Shown: positions 25,332 through 40,408, counted from the stretch's first letter. The stretch is DNA of 64,000 nucleotides from Octopus vulgaris (GCA_951406725.2 OX597829.1:31248001-31312000); one strand, 5' to 3'. A program made the numbers and translations. The notes: generated by a model not told the origin, from the letters alone.

Positions 25332-27184
25332 ATTGTTATTGGTCAAAAGAGTTACAGCTGTGATTGCCGTCTTTTATGTCCATTCCTCAGGTGTAGGCTC
25401 TCTTGGTAGGTTTGAAAAATTGTGTTATACAACATGGATAAAACTAATTTAAAATTTTAAAAAACTGAATAGGCAAGTGCATTACCGGCAACTTTTTTTT
25501 TTTTTTTTTTTTTTTTTTGTTGCAAAATTTGACTCTTGTTTGAAAGTAACCTTTGGGTGTAACGTTTCTGACTGCTACTTGGAAAGAAGTCACCATATTT
25601 TGGTTAGCTATTATTAGATTGAAAATAATTCTGTTAAAATGAACAATAGTTGCAACAAACATTTTTGTAAGCATTTTAACTTAGATTTGTGTCTTGTTGG
25701 TTTGAAGAAGTAAACCTCAGCCAGCATGTTCAATTGAATAACTTTTCTCAGTTTCATTCATTTAACATGAAGATGCTAGAATTAAAAATTGTGTTTAAAG
25801 ACCTATTATGAAACTGATTATGAACAAATATGAACTAATCGGTCTATTTACTAATTGCTTCAGTGAAGATTCCAATAAATAATAGTCAGATTAAGTGCTT
25901 GAAAGATGGTTTGGCTATGATCAAATTAGATTGAATTGGCAGTTATTAATGTTAGATAGAATGCTCTGTCTTCAAATACCACTGAGGTCAGTTTTCATGC
26001 TTTTGATGATTGGATTGACAGAATTGTTGCACAATTGAGATTCTTTGTGGTTGCAATGTGTGTTTTGACTCTTTGATTTCAAATCCAACCACTCGCTGGA
26101 AAAATGGTGATAGCTCTTTCAGGGCTTCTGACCATATTATTGTGTCAGCAATTTGAAAACCAATAAATCCATAGAGTTCTTGATTTGATCTGATGAACTG
26201 CTCTCACCATGCCTTAAACCATCTGTGGTCATGTTACCAAAGCGTAAAATACCAGCATAAACTGTATGTTTGTTAATAGTTACAAGTTAGATTAACACTT
26301 ATATATCAACAAATTGTTTACTTTACTAGTATACAACTAGTGTTCTCAGAGTTAATTTTCTGTTCTTGGAAATTTATTTTTCAATATCCTTTCTCTCATG
26401 GAAAGTGTTCTACCATTTTTTCCTAATTAAGCTAACTCTGAATTTGAATAATCTTTGAATGCAGTAAATAAAAGAAATGCTATAAGCATATCAATGTAGT
26501 TGACTTGGAAAGGAGTACTCCAATGTCTAATAATGTTAACTGGTATAGTGTAAACAATTTCCAGAAAGTATAACATTAAAACTTTAAGAAGTATTTATGT
26601 TTCAAATTTTCAAAAGGCATTGGACTCAGTCAGTTGACTTCATGATTCAAAATCATTATTCCGAATAATAATGAAAGGAAAACTCATTGGTACTTAGGGG
26701 TCAGCATAAAGTATGATTGACAAATTGGACCAAATAAGTGCATTATTTGTTATATTTCTAGTGGGCTTTCCATGTAAATTTTTGCCTATAATAATCTACT
26801 GAAAATATCTGAATAATGAGTAGCCTAACTACACTGCTGAAACTACTTATGTGATCTATCATGTAAATTTAAATGATTTACATTTTTGTTTTGAGACTAA
26901 CATTATATTGTTGTCTTATGGAAATGATCTAAATACATAGTTATTTTAGAATTTTGAAACAAAATGTAGTAATGAAAGAATAGTAGTTAAAGAATAAAGA
27001 ATTATAAAAAAATTATTATTATTACAAATAAAGATTTTAAAACTTTGAGATTTTATATTATCCGTAAAATTCTCTTGCTGGTCCTTTGTGGTCAGTTTTC
27101 TGGGGTTTTTTTTTCCTGCTGAGCTAGCAGAATTATTAGTGACAGAACAAAATGCCTCATTGTATTTCTTTTGGCTCCTACACA

Positions 27185-27330
27185 TTGAGTTCATATCCCA
27201 CCATGATCAACTTTGCCTTTCATCCTTTCAGGGTTGACAGTCAAGAGTGCCAGTCAAATATTGAGATTGAACAGCATCGACTGACTCCTTTCTCCTAATA
27301 TTACTGGCATTGTTCTTTAATTAGAAACAT
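27185..27330 (+). mobile_element. Fragment of a second SINE family (GAGTTCA...CAACTTTGCCTTTCATCCTTTC; Meta-domain-like)
   Basis: Shared with 57915-58055. The family name is recalled from memory and uncertain. Confidence 0.55.
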
Positions 27331-27669
27331 CTTAGGAAAACATGAGCAGAGGTTACAGTGTGGAAGAAATAAGTGGTTTGAGACAATTGGGGTTGTTTGT
27401 GAGATAGGGAGGTGTTTACAGATGTTTTAAATTATTTAAAACATTGAATAACAGACTTTTAATACCCTTTGGTGTTTTTGTTTGTTTTTTTAAGTAAAAA
27501 TAAGTGACTCTGGAGGTTAAGTCTTCCGACCTGTATTAGTTGGTAATCCTTAAGTAAATATTGTGGAATTGATTGTTGAAAGACAAATGTGTATCTAGGC
27601 TTAAACAATTTCACGAGTGTAGTATGCTAGAAATTTATTTTCAAATGAAGGTATTTTAAGTAGTTATTA

Positions 27670-27709
<40 letters not shown>

Positions 27710-27817
27710 TTTCCTACAGAGTTTAGTGTACTGATTCAGCAAAAATAATTTTTTTTAGCATGTTTAAAAGATTAGGTTGAAATAAGTAAACATTGAAAAT
27801 ATTAGATTGTCATCTTC

Positions 27818-27938
27818 AAGTACTATTATTACTTGTACTTGTGGCGATATTCACCCTGGGCGGGTTGAGTCGGCTTCTTCCACCACCCTTAAGTCATTGT
27901 ATTCACCATTGAGAATTCATGGAAGAAGTACTATTATT
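27818..27938 (-). mobile_element. 95-nt insertion flanked by a 13-bp target-site duplication (probably a 5'-truncated retroposon)
   Basis: AAGTACTATTATT at 27818-27830 and 27926-27938. The insert is GC/CpG-rich and ends on the minus strand in a CAAGTA repeat. Confidence 0.7.
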
Positions 27939-30900
27939 CTCTATATATGAACATATTTTTGAGTTACGACTAAGCTTTTGATGCCTTTTATTTATAAATA
28001 TTGTTACTATCTTTAAGAAAGGCATAAGTAGCTCACAAATACCACCCTTCAACCCCTTTTATAGTGAATTTTTTTTGTGCCACTCCTTAATATGAAGAAA
28101 CAAAATAGTTTGCTTACACAAAATTCTTTCTTCACAGTATTTAAAAAGTTAGAAGCCATCTTGATTTTATTAAACATGGCAATGTGTTCACCTCTTTTCA
28201 GTCCTCAAATGCCTCACCCACCTGAGAAACACTACACCAGATAATGAAAGAATGGGAGTGTAGACAATTAAAATGTTAATAGTCATTTTGTTCATGGCAT
28301 ATTACTCTAGAAATAGTTTATCTCAGCTATGCAGAGGGCATAAATCACTCCTAATTTGACATTCACCAAAGACAGCATTTTTGTTTTAGATATGAAGCAC
28401 ATCTTTTTTGTGAAACCAAGTCCTTTTCATGACATTACACTTTCACTCTAAAAAGTGGTGACATTCTCCAGTTTTCTCTTCACACTATTGAACAAATTTC
28501 TTTCAAAATTTTAGTACAAACATTTTCTTGCTAAAATTATGTAGTGAGGCTTTATAAAGTAAAGGAAAAGGCAATCGACATATATTTCCCTTTTGTTGTA
28601 AGGGAACTTAGCATAGTCTATGAAATATATGCATTGTTAGTATTATATAAAAAAAATAGCTTGTAATAGTATTTTGTATATCTTCTGTGTATATGTGAAA
28701 CTGTGTATGTCTTAATTTGATTTGATAATTACTGCTGCATTTCACATCATTTCATCCACTTCTACTTTTCAATGAGTTTATAATTTTTAAATTCTAAAAT
28801 TTGTATAAGTAACTGAATTATATAAAATTTGATGATGACAGACTGTAGTTTAAATTCTGATCCTTTCATTAAACTATCAAAATAACTTTTTATTGGTGCT
28901 GCTTAACACTTCTCACTCTTGTTATCTAGCTTATTTGCGTGATATATTGATTTGCTTTTGTGAGTGAAAATGCTTGTTCCAAAGCTAATTAAAAACCTGA
29001 TACTTCAGTGTATAAAGTTTTGTTGGGCTGCTAAGTTCCTGACAGTTATGTCCAGTGTCTAAGCATAGTAGTACTATTTCCAAATATGGGGAACAATAGT
29101 TTTTCCTTTCTCTAATTCCTCAACTATCAGCTGAATATAATTCTGATAGAGATAATGAATTGAGATTAATTTCAAAGCTTGGTACCTGATGGTATCAATG
29201 AAAGAAATGAAAAATTATCAGAATTTTGCTGTCACTTGAACTTAGGATCAAGCTAATTATTTTATAATAGAATTCTTCATTTTTTTTTCTGATTTTTATA
29301 ATTGTATCTGTATTTCAATTTGTCAGATTGTTCTTACGGCTTACAGCCTGCTCTTGCTTCTAAACTGTCCTGATTTTTTGCCATTTACTTATAGAAGTAT
29401 GCATATTTAATTTTACTTAACAGTACTGTATAAATCTGATTACTTAACCATTTTATTCATGACCCAGTATTTTAAGAAGCTTCTATTTAGATTTCACTGA
29501 TAATACAGGTTATAATTTTTCATTATGAACTTGTTGGTCAAGTTAATGAAAAAAAGTCATCTTGCTTAGGGATGTTTGCAGCCTTGTAAGTTACACTGGG
29601 TTATGTGTAGCGATAGCTCTAAACTTGGTTGAAAACAATATTTTAATATATTTCTATTTCAATAAGAGTCCCTATAAAAAGTCATCATTAAAGACAACAG
29701 CAGAGGCAAGAAGCAGGAGTGGAGCTGAAGCCAGTGGTAAACTGAATGGAAGAGAGAGCTCAGTGGACAGCAGGAGTGGTCCATAATAAAGGGAATTTAG
29801 AATGAAAAGCAGTGATGAGCAAGATATTCAGAATTGCAGACAGAGCTAACAGTCTATCTTCTAATAGATTTTTTTCATGATCAATATTTTTATTCAAGGA
29901 ATATTGAATAGTATTTTTAGTAGAAAGTTATTTTCTAAAGATTAACATATCTCTAGGTTAACATTGCATTTTTTTATATTATGAAAATATAGTCTTCAAT
30001 TTTCATCCTTTGTAACTTAATACAAAACATCAGAAGCATCACTCAAAAGTTCTTATTTCTCTGATTTATTTTTTCCTTTCTTGCTCACTGTAATATAATC
30101 CTTTGACATTGAAAAATCATTTGAGTTATCGAAATTAAATTTCTATAGGGCATCAACAAGATTCATTACTGCTGCTAAATTATGTAACAAGACATGTCTA
30201 ATTTTTCAAAATTAAACAAACAATTCAGATTAAATCTTGGAACAAAGCTGAAAGAAACCAGTTCATATTAAAAGGAATGTTTTATTTAGTTTCTTAAAGT
30301 TTGTTAATTTCATACTAAATATGATCTGCACTGATGTAATATAATCATCCCATCTTTTCAACCTGAAAGAGCCCTAAAAGTTATCTCTTCTTTCTTGGGA
30401 TTTTTTGAATTTTTATTGATACCATTACTAATTGTTGCAGTGTATTGATGCTCACCATAATTTTAGTAATATTAAGTTGATAAATATGTCTCCACTATCA
30501 GGGTTTTTTAGTAAGAGAATAACTTAGTGTTCTAGTATTTTATTAGATTTAGCTAGTACGCTAATGACCTCAGTTGTTGGTTGTAGCACTTTCATAGTCA
30601 AATTAAAATTCTCAACTGAAACCATGTTGTTATAAGACAGAATGAAAACTGCTTGAATTCTGGCTGCATTCCAAACATCAGTGAATGGAAGAAAAAAAAT
30701 TAATACAAACCTCTGTAAAATACTTACTTTAAAAATACATTGAAGCACATGAACAGTTTAATGTAGATGACAGATAGAAAAATGGGTTTGATATTGTTTG
30801 AAAATGATTAATTACATGTAGTTTCCAAATTCAGTTAATGAGACACTATTGAAATGTGAAGTGATATTCAGTATTCTTTTGTCAATGTAAATCATGAACT

Positions 30901-33900
30901 CTCATCAATTAATATTGTGTAGCCTCTGAACTTTATATTTGAGCATTTATTTGTTAAATGTTATTACAAAAATTGGTAGATTAGAAGACATTTGTTAACA
31001 TAATGTGCTGCATTGAAGCATCTGATGTTAGAAACATTTATAATCAATATATCTGCATAGTTATTATGCTAACAAAATTTTTTGATCTGAACTAAGAAAT
31101 TGGTAAATTTTGTTTACATTACAAAAATGAAGAACTTGAAAAAGTATTTTGAGCAGAAGTAATTTTTTTAATATTTTGTAAATCTCTTAAATTCTTGGTT
31201 GTTGGTAACCTAGTTTTTAAAATCTTCAGATAACATGAAAGATGGTAACAAATTTAATGTACTTACTCTTCACTAATATTAAAAGATGTGGAATTGTTTT
31301 GTAATTATGTAATGTATTGGTAGTTGAGTTTTAAAAAACAATTTCATTCATATTTCGTGTATTAAAAAAAGAGAAAATATTGAATGTTCAATCAAATCCT
31401 AGTTACATCTTAACTATTATAATTAGATGATTTGTTTTTAATTTTTTTTTTTTAATGCAAAGAATAGTCCATTTGTATTTTTTTTCTGTAAAATGGTGTA
31501 GCCTTTTATATTTTACTGAATCTTTTTTCTTATATTCACACCCTTTATCTCAGAATTTTCAAATAACAGTAAAGTTTGATCATGTGAAATATTTTTTAGT
31601 TTAAATTTTGTTTTCCTAAAAACAGTTGAAAATTTCTAATTTGATTCTGTCAGGTTAGCCTTATAAAATCTGTGTCATTTTCTTCACATTATTGTTGAAA
31701 GAGAATTTCTTGAATTAATATTTCTGGTTAATATAAACTGATCTTTAAAGAACTCATTACTGCCCATCATTGCAGGAGCTTCAATGTTTACGTTGAAAAA
31801 TATCCTCATGAATCAAATAACGAATTACGAAACTGCTGAGATACTTAGTGTAAAGTTATACTAGGCATTATAAAAGTACTATTCAGAAATGTCTTTCTTT
31901 TGTGTCTCAACAGCACATATAATGTTGCTTACAGTGTTGGGCATTATTTTTTAAATTTCAAATGGAACCCAAAACAGCCCTTATTCATTATGTATGTACA
32001 CACATATACTTGCAAGATCTTGCGTAGAAAATTACTATCCACCCTACATTCTTTACTGGTTGCTACTTGCTAAGTATGTATAATTTTTCTAATGTGCCAT
32101 ATTTGGGTTTTAAGTAAGATTTCCATTTCATATTTCAGCTACCATATAGTTACTATCTAAAGGTTAGCAACATTAATTTCTCAGTATTAAAATAAATTTG
32201 GTAGCTGTAATTTTATAATTTCATATACGATATTTAGGACATTCTCTATGAACTGTTGATATCCTGATACTAAATAGTTATTACATTTAAATTTATTCTG
32301 CATTTGACCTAGTTGCTAATGCCATTGGATTACTTTCTGTTCTATTAATACTAGCATATTGTTCTTGTATAGTGTAAGCTGTCTTATTGAGCTATGTCTG
32401 GTGCTAGTAAACAACTCTTGCTGACAAGCTACCTACCTGGCAAGCAAATAGGAATCAATAAAAGGTTTTGTTTTTTTTTTTCTTCTTGTAAATATATATG
32501 TTAATATATTCAAGTTATTCCTAAAATACTTATTGTGTGGAAGATTGATGCAGTTATTTGTTTTAACACAAAAATTAGGATTGGTTTAAATAAGTTTAAA
32601 CTATATTTTTGATCTATAAGCTTATTAAAATTCATATTTATTTGATGGTGTATACATGTGTATACACTGCCTTTTGGAAGAAAAATTCCCAGTAATTAAT
32701 ATTACACTTTATATTCACAAGAAAATGCCTGTCAAAGTTAATTACCAACATAATTATGCTTAATGCTTGATTCACTTCTTGTAGTATTAATAATTTAGCA
32801 TGCAACCTTGATTCTTCATATCACATTTACATTGGTTCCAAGAACATATCTCAAAATATAATCAATTGGAATCATACCAATCTTGTCTCCTTTGGCAGTA
32901 CAAATACAATCACTAGGCATAGAAAGAAAACATACCTTACCCACCTAAAATTTGAACAAAATGCATCAAGAACTCTCAAGAAAGGTACTGATGCCAGGCC
33001 TCATTGCTAAGAATTGCTGCTGTCAAAGTGTTTTCAACACAGCTAAAACTTTAATCTCTAATGCGTTTTCTTCAGGGTGGGAAAATAAATCTAAGTCAAG
33101 GACTTCTAATTTCCACAAAACTTAGACCCACAACAAAATGTTGCTTTCACATCTAGGTCAGTGCAGTTGTTAAACATACATTTTAAATTGCATTGTAAAA
33201 CAAGCCAAAAAAAGGGGCTGCCTATTTGATTGGCAAGAACTTACCTGCCTCCTTCCTCTGCCTTTTGTCACTACTACTTCAGTGACCTCTGCACCTTTCG
33301 ATTTGGCTTAATCTCATATCCGGCCATTTCAGGCACTTCCAACTTGTTCCTTGCTACTACCTCCTGTTGATCACAGATCCTACACTAACTACATCTTTCT
33401 TCTTAGAAATATTTTCATATCCTTGTTTTCCCTGCAGACATCAATTTACAACTTGGGGAGAAACATTAACTGCATTGACTTTGTCTTAGAGGTTGTGGGA
33501 TGATCATTGAGTACTGGCTCTTCGACACCAAAATAGGACCCTCCCAAAAAATCACAAACTGTTGTATTTAATTTAAGAGATTTGCAAACAAAAAGTCTAG
33601 AATTTTTTTAATCAAAAGTAAATGTTTTGTTTTTAAAGATTTCATTATGTCAATGAATATAAATGGATTAGAAGTTAAATACACAAAATGACTTCATCTG
33701 AATTTACAGTGTTTACATTTAACAATTTTGAACTACTTAAAATCACAAGGTCATGCGTTATAAGGGATTACATCGAGAATATAACTTGCAATTAAGTTCA
33801 TGTGTTACCAGAATCGTGTAGTTTGTGCATTTAAATTAAAACTTGCAAAAGTCATTGTCATCATATAAGATAAAACTTCATCAAACTGTGGTAACGGTAA

Positions 33901-34385
33901 AAGAAATAAACTTACTCTAGTAATATATAACTACCCATTATGAAAACCATGTTTCATGCTTGCATAAAAATATAGATTTTTAAAACAATAAATGAATTGA
34001 AATCTACATAAATCTTAACATTTATTGACATGATATTCATGTTTAGGATCATTTCATTTCATCTCATTTGATATTTTCCTTTCTAGTTGTGTGTGCATAT
34101 TTTCAAATCAAACTAGTTCATTGTTAGAAATATTTGATTTTTAATAAAACATTAAATATATTTGACAAATATTTCTATAAAATATTGAAATTTTTAAGAA
34201 TTTTTTTATCGTATAAATTAATTGAAATACCTTATACAAATTGCTAAAATATTGAATATTGATACTTTCATGGTTTTCTGCCAGAACATTGCTTTCTTCA
34301 CTTTTCAAAATGTTTTTTTTAATGGTTGCTTGTATTGGTCTATTTAATGTTTTAAAAATATATATATAAATTATATATATATACA

Positions 34386-34424
<39 letters not shown>

Positions 34425-35513
34425 AATTTTTTAGTATATTATCTAAATTCTAATATATTGAAATAGTAAAAATTACTAAATCATATCAGTACTTTATTAG
34501 AAAATGATTCTTTACAGCACTTAGAAATTCTTCCTTTGTGGATGGCAAACCATTAACTTTTAGATTGTAGGAATTTAATGGTGTAATAAATTAGCATGGT
34601 TTAAAATTTAGTATTAAAGGTAAGAAAAAAAAAATAGGATATAAGTTTTCTAGTTTTGTTACCATATTTACTATAAAAACGTCAACTTTGTAGTAGTATT
34701 AGGGGGTCAGATATTGATGTTCCATACTGTTTATATTTCTACTAGTGTGGAAAGTGCACAACTTGTGTGGATAACTATTCAAAAAAGAGAGGAAAAAAAT
34801 CTACAGCAATAGTGCCAATCAATTGCTTTAAGCCATCTTTCAGAGATGAATGAACAAAGATTTATTATAATTAATTTTAATTTGCTTTTAAGTTTCATTT
34901 AATTCTCTGTTTATTTATTCAATTTTCCTTTTCTCTTGGCTCACCTTGGTACAACTCTGTGATGCCTGTTATATTAGATGAAATACAGTAACCATGCTAC
35001 TGCTGGTAATATAATTCTGAAAACTTCTGGCTTCAGTATCTTAGCAGTTAGCTTAGATATCTTTTAAAGTCTTCCATATAGAAGTTATATTTTAATTGTA
35101 TATTATGAAGATACTTTGGTAGGAAAATGGGAATGGATTTAGGAAGTTATTGAAGCCAGTCTTTCTGAATTATTTTTTATATTACAATAATATTTAGGAA
35201 TGCTGCTGTTGAGTACCTATTTTGAGGAGATTAGATTATAATAGCAGCACTATTCCTCACTTTATGCATATACAAGATGCATAAAATATCATTCATTTGA
35301 ACTCTATTTACTTCTTTCTCTCCACTTTTCTTTTTACTCTTCCTCTCTTTTTTTTTTTTTCTTAGTTGGTTCAAATTTCCATCTTCGACAGTTTTAATCC
35401 GGGTAACAATTTGTATCCAAATGATGCATAATAGTGTAGACATTTATAGAAACAAACATTTATAGATTTTATTTAAATTAGGCTGAAAGTTCCACTCAAT
35501 GGTATCTTGATAG

Positions 35514-35627
35514 GTATTGAAAGTCAGGTCTGGGCACCCTCATATGCATACGAAGATTGTCAACCCGGGGACGAACCGTTGAGACATAATATGATGGCTT
35601 CTCTTCAAATTTGGCACAAAAACCAAG
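35514..35627 (+). CDS. Candidate 114-nt in-frame cassette exon or alternative N-terminus of Nova
   Basis: Strong donor CAAG|GTGAGC (phase 1) and a weak acceptor TCTTGATAG|GT. Open frame G-IESQVWAPSYAYEDCQPGDEPLRHNMMASLQIWHKNQ-G. Local GC/CpG island within an AT-rich intron. Confidence 0.45.
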
Positions 35628-38375
35628 GTGAGCCATGAATGCATTGCTTTGATTTTTCCCATAGCCAAATTTTTCATTTGTTCTCATTACAATATCTGTC
35701 AGGAGAATGATGTCACTTGCCAAATTTAGCATAATTCTATTTTGTGAACGAGTGGATAAAACATGCATGTCTTAAATAACTTTTTAAAAAATGGTAAAAT
35801 CAAACATATCCATGCTTTTTGTTTGTGTCTAACATTAAAGTTTCAGGTGGCTGATTCTGGACATCACTGTTACTTTTGTCCTTTTCCCTTCGGTGTCCAT
35901 TTATTCCCATGCAAAATTTTGCCTGGCTTGATTGGAAATTTGCGATTATCATTTTTTCAAGGCATTTATGTAATGAGATTTCAGAAAAACTTTTAATGCT
36001 TTAAGCCCTTGCCTAGCCTTCCTCTTTAGTGGCTATTAGATTCTTTATTTCTCAAATTGACAGCACTATCCTTATACATTTATGGCCATTGCTTGTTGCA
36101 CACCTGTAATCTAATTTTTTTTTTTTCATTCGAAAGTTACAGTATTGTATTCTAGATTTAGTATTCCTTTTCTGTATTTACTAACAAATTTTATTTTTCC
36201 TTATATACATTCATTAGTTTACTCAATTTTACACCAGATACACTTTTAATTTTATTATATATAGTTTAGATGGTTTTGAACTGCTTCTATACAGTGATAG
36301 CAGTATGTGCAAGTTCCAGTGTTTATAAGTGTTCATTTAAGTAGATATCCTTAGCAGTGAGGGTTGAGACCTTCAAAACTTAGAGCAAGCCATAAATAAC
36401 TAATGAATATGTTGGTTTCATACATTCTATGTAACTGAAAAATTTTCTCAGGATAATCACTGGATCTTAATGTAACATATTTTGCTTTATGACTAATGTA
36501 ATTAAAATATGAGAATAGTTGTGAAGCAGTTTTTTTATGGAATAAAAATAATGTACAATTTGTGATAGGAAAGATTTGCTTGTGAATCTTGTTTTCACTG
36601 CTAAAAACCAAAGAATAATATCTATTACAAACAAACAAATGGTATGGTCCTCAGTCCACACTTGCAACACATTCAGAAATTGAGTTTTGAATCACCATAT
36701 TAAAATCAAAAGCATCATCTTCCAATAGTTGAAAAAAGTGGGTTTGTGTACATAGTAATGAAATATTCCATAATTGATTTCTGCATTTATGTGACTGCCT
36801 GACATATGCTACACTGCAATAAGAATATATGCTCCATAAAATTGGGGAACCAAAGTTTATACACACACAGACATACATGTCACTGGCAATATTAGTTTTT
36901 CAATTGCCCTAATGCCCAAGAATGGCATATGCAGGCAAAAATATCAAGATCAATATTTCAAATGTACTGGAAATAGGAAGAAATAGCTTACAAGATTACA
37001 AATGATGGGCGAGAAATGGTACCAGTGAGAAATTTTTATTTTTTTCAAAAAATCCTTTTTTTTTCTTTTTTCTAGCAGTTGTTAATAAATTTATGGATAA
37101 ATAAGTTTATAACTGAGGTGTTTTACCATCAGTGATAAAATTATGAGTTTGTTATTTAAAAAGATCTCCCTTGGCATATATTTCACAAAGACTTACTTTA
37201 TTTTTTAAAGGTACATATGTAGGCATTATTTAGTTGATCACTTAGACTGCTGAAAAATGGCAAGATCTGATTGAATATCTACTTAGAATGATCCACTAGT
37301 TACCAGTTTACATTTTCATTTATTTTTACTAACAGACACTTGGACTACATTTTTTTTTTTTTTTTAAACATTTAGCAACCTTGGCAGTCTTTTGATCTTC
37401 CTCTCCCTTATGTTTTTTTTAAAGTTTATAAAAGTGTAGCTAAGAAAATTGAAAAAAGTTATTCCTTGATCTTGGTTCTCATAAATATGAGTTCTGGATT
37501 TTCTTTTTGAACAATTTTATATTTCATTAATTGAAATTGACTTTGTCTCACGTTTCCTTTCTGTACTCAAATGCAACTAATATAAAATAATTCAACATTA
37601 AAAAATAAGCTATTTATATAACATTTGCTGTGGTTTTGAACATATATAATGCATATATATGTTATATATATTGTATATATTATGTATATATTGTATATAT
37701 TATATGTATAATATTATGTATATTTTATATATTGTATACATTATATATATATTTTGTATTAACTGTTTTTGCAAAATCTCATTGCCTAATACTAATTTGG
37801 ATTTTTTTTTCTATTAAAAGCTGAATTTATTTCAATTTATTTTAAATGACTATTATTTTAATCAATGAGCATTTTTATATTTTTATATAACTATATTAGG
37901 ATTTACTACATCAACTGTGGCTAGAAATAAATTAAAATTATATGCCATTGTAGTAAATAATTTTTTTAATGTTTTACTTTTAGTATTGAGTGATTATATA
38001 TTTAACTCATCTGAACGTTATAACCAGTATTTTTCTTGTGTAGGTGGGGTAAGTCATTTTGGCAAATCTGCTCCTTTCCAAACAATACCCATTTAAGCTT
38101 ACTATTTTGCAAGTTACTAATTTTGGTATTTGTTTATAGCAAGTTGATATTGACACCATATAAATCAACCAATTTTTGGTTGATAGCCAAGTATCTTTGC
38201 TTCACCCACAGTTTCTATCTTAACAATAGTAAAAAAAAAATCACCACATACCTGGCTTATGAATAAATATATATGTATATAATGTCTGCACTCTTTCTGA
38301 TTGCAGTGTAAGTACTAAATAAGCAGAACATGTCCACAAAGGGAGCCCAGCATTTTTTTTTCTCATTTGTTTGTT

Positions 38376-38650
38376 CAGGTATGGCTTCATGGTGTAGAAA
38401 CTTGCTTCTCGACCACATGATTTTGGGTTCAGTCCCACTGTGTGGCACTTTAAGGCAAGTGTTTACTAAAACCCTTGATTGGGCAAAGCCTTTTGAGTGG
38501 ATTTCATAAATGAAAGGAGCCTGTTGTATGTGTGTATCCCAGTATTGACATTGTACCATAATAGTAAATTTGGTGACAAAGGTCATTTAGCTGTAGAAAA
38601 TCTGTTGCATTCTTTGACTCATGCAACTATGGAAAATTGGATTCCAAAAT
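38376..38650 (+). mobile_element. Degenerate tRNA/CORE-type SINE
   Basis: CCACATGATTTTGGGTTCAGTCCCACTGTGTGGCAC..GGCAAGTG..CAAAGCCTTTTGAGTGGATTT. Confidence 0.75.
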
Positions 38651-40408
38651 GAAATTTTTAAAAATTTTGGTTGCTATTTTTAGCTGGTAAAGCAACTCAG
38701 TGGAGGCTCCTTTGTAAATTTAAAACTAAAATTGTTAGTATAGGAAATTTTTTTTTTTTACCTGAGATAGAAAAAAAATTTACCCTTTTCAAGAATTCTC
38801 TATTTCAGAGAAAGGGTCCTTGTAAATCTCAGCTGACTAGTTTTCCTACTGGGCTTGGTTTTGCCATATAAATTAGCAAAGCTTAAAATTTGTGGTTGTT
38901 GAGATAATATTCAGTCAGATATGTGGTATGTTCAAATGATAGAGTAAACTACCTTTTAATATCAGTCTTCTGATATCACCACAGGACCATTAAATTTATC
39001 ATGGTATTTTCTATTATAACATATTGCCATATTTTCAGAGTACTTGCTAGTGCATAGTATTTCACAGATACTAATGTTGATGAACAAGTGGTTAGTGTCT
39101 TAACATTTAATACAGTAATATCCATCCCTTTTCATATAGAAAGTCCATATCCTTGCTATGGATAGTTTAGTTATTTGAAGATGTTTATTATTTATTCAAG
39201 CAATTGCATTAGTAAAGGCTGAGATTTTATGCCAATAATGTTAATGCGATCTGTAATACACACAACACATTTTGATTCAAGCCTTTGCTGATGTGGCACA
39301 TTTTCCCCACCTTTGAATAGTGTTGTTTACAAATAATTGCTTGATTGTATTTCACCTTCCTCTCTTTAGAGCCAAACTTCTTTGCATAAAACCAAATTTC
39401 ATTAAAGATTGTGATTTTTCTCGAAAGCCAAATGCCACTTTAGCATTGTATGGAAGAAAACCCTTATGAAATTTAATAATTAATAAAACTGAAATCAATA
39501 TAATGAATTTGGTGTTGCTATTCCTATTTTTATCTTTGTGCCATTACTGATTTACATTACTTAATTTTTTTAGTTTTGAAAATTTTCCTGATAATTTCTG
39601 AATTATTTCTATTTTCCCTATTATATAGTAGTAGTATGTGAGAAATAAAACACAGCTATACTATTTTAACTTCCTGCATGTAAATATATGGAAGAATTCA
39701 GATAATTTACTGAATTCTTCCTTGAATTGGTCTCAATTATTTTTGTCATGGTCTTTCAATTAATATACAAACAAGTATCATTAAAAACAAAATGATATAC
39801 ATTAGAGGTGTGGAGAGCCTATGTGGTAACTAGAACTACTTCACACCTACTAGACTACTAATGACCTTTGGCTGACTACAAAATAATTAAAGCTGTTACA
39901 AGCAAGGTGTACTGTTTTGTTGGAGTGAGTTTCATTTGTAGTTAATATTAAAACTACCTGGGCAGTAGATTGACTGTATCTATTGAATGATAGATAAAAT
40001 GCCTTGTAATATTTAGTTACAGATGTTTCTGGGATGGTAAATCATGTACCAGTGAGTAACTATTAAATATAGTCAGCTATACAACTTCCTCTATATAAAA
40101 TCTTAAAACTCAATATTTGGAAGTCAATCCAGTTGGAAACAGTTCTAATAAAGACCAATTCATCCTGTTAGTTTTTTTTTTTAAAGTTTTTTTTTAATCC
40201 TGGCATATCATACATAAACTAGTACTGTTAAATCATTTACTTGTCAACCTGAAAATGTAATGATATTTAGTGTCTTTGTTCTGTCCACACCATGTAGTGG
40301 AACAGCTGTACTTAAGCATTCAGTTAAGCTATATAAATGCTCAATCTTTAACCTCAGCTACAAAACCAAGGTTAACTGTCCATTCTAACTGAAGCGGTCT
40401 ACCCTGGC

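Noticed and set aside
35496-35768. 90-aa minus-strand ORF
   Set aside because: It has no recognisable domain and is better explained as the antisense shadow of the + strand exon candidate.
39690-39721. 12-bp perfect hairpin GGAAGAATTCAG/CTGAATTCTTCC
   Set aside because: It is too short to interpret and has no associated feature. It is not a terminator in this eukaryotic context.
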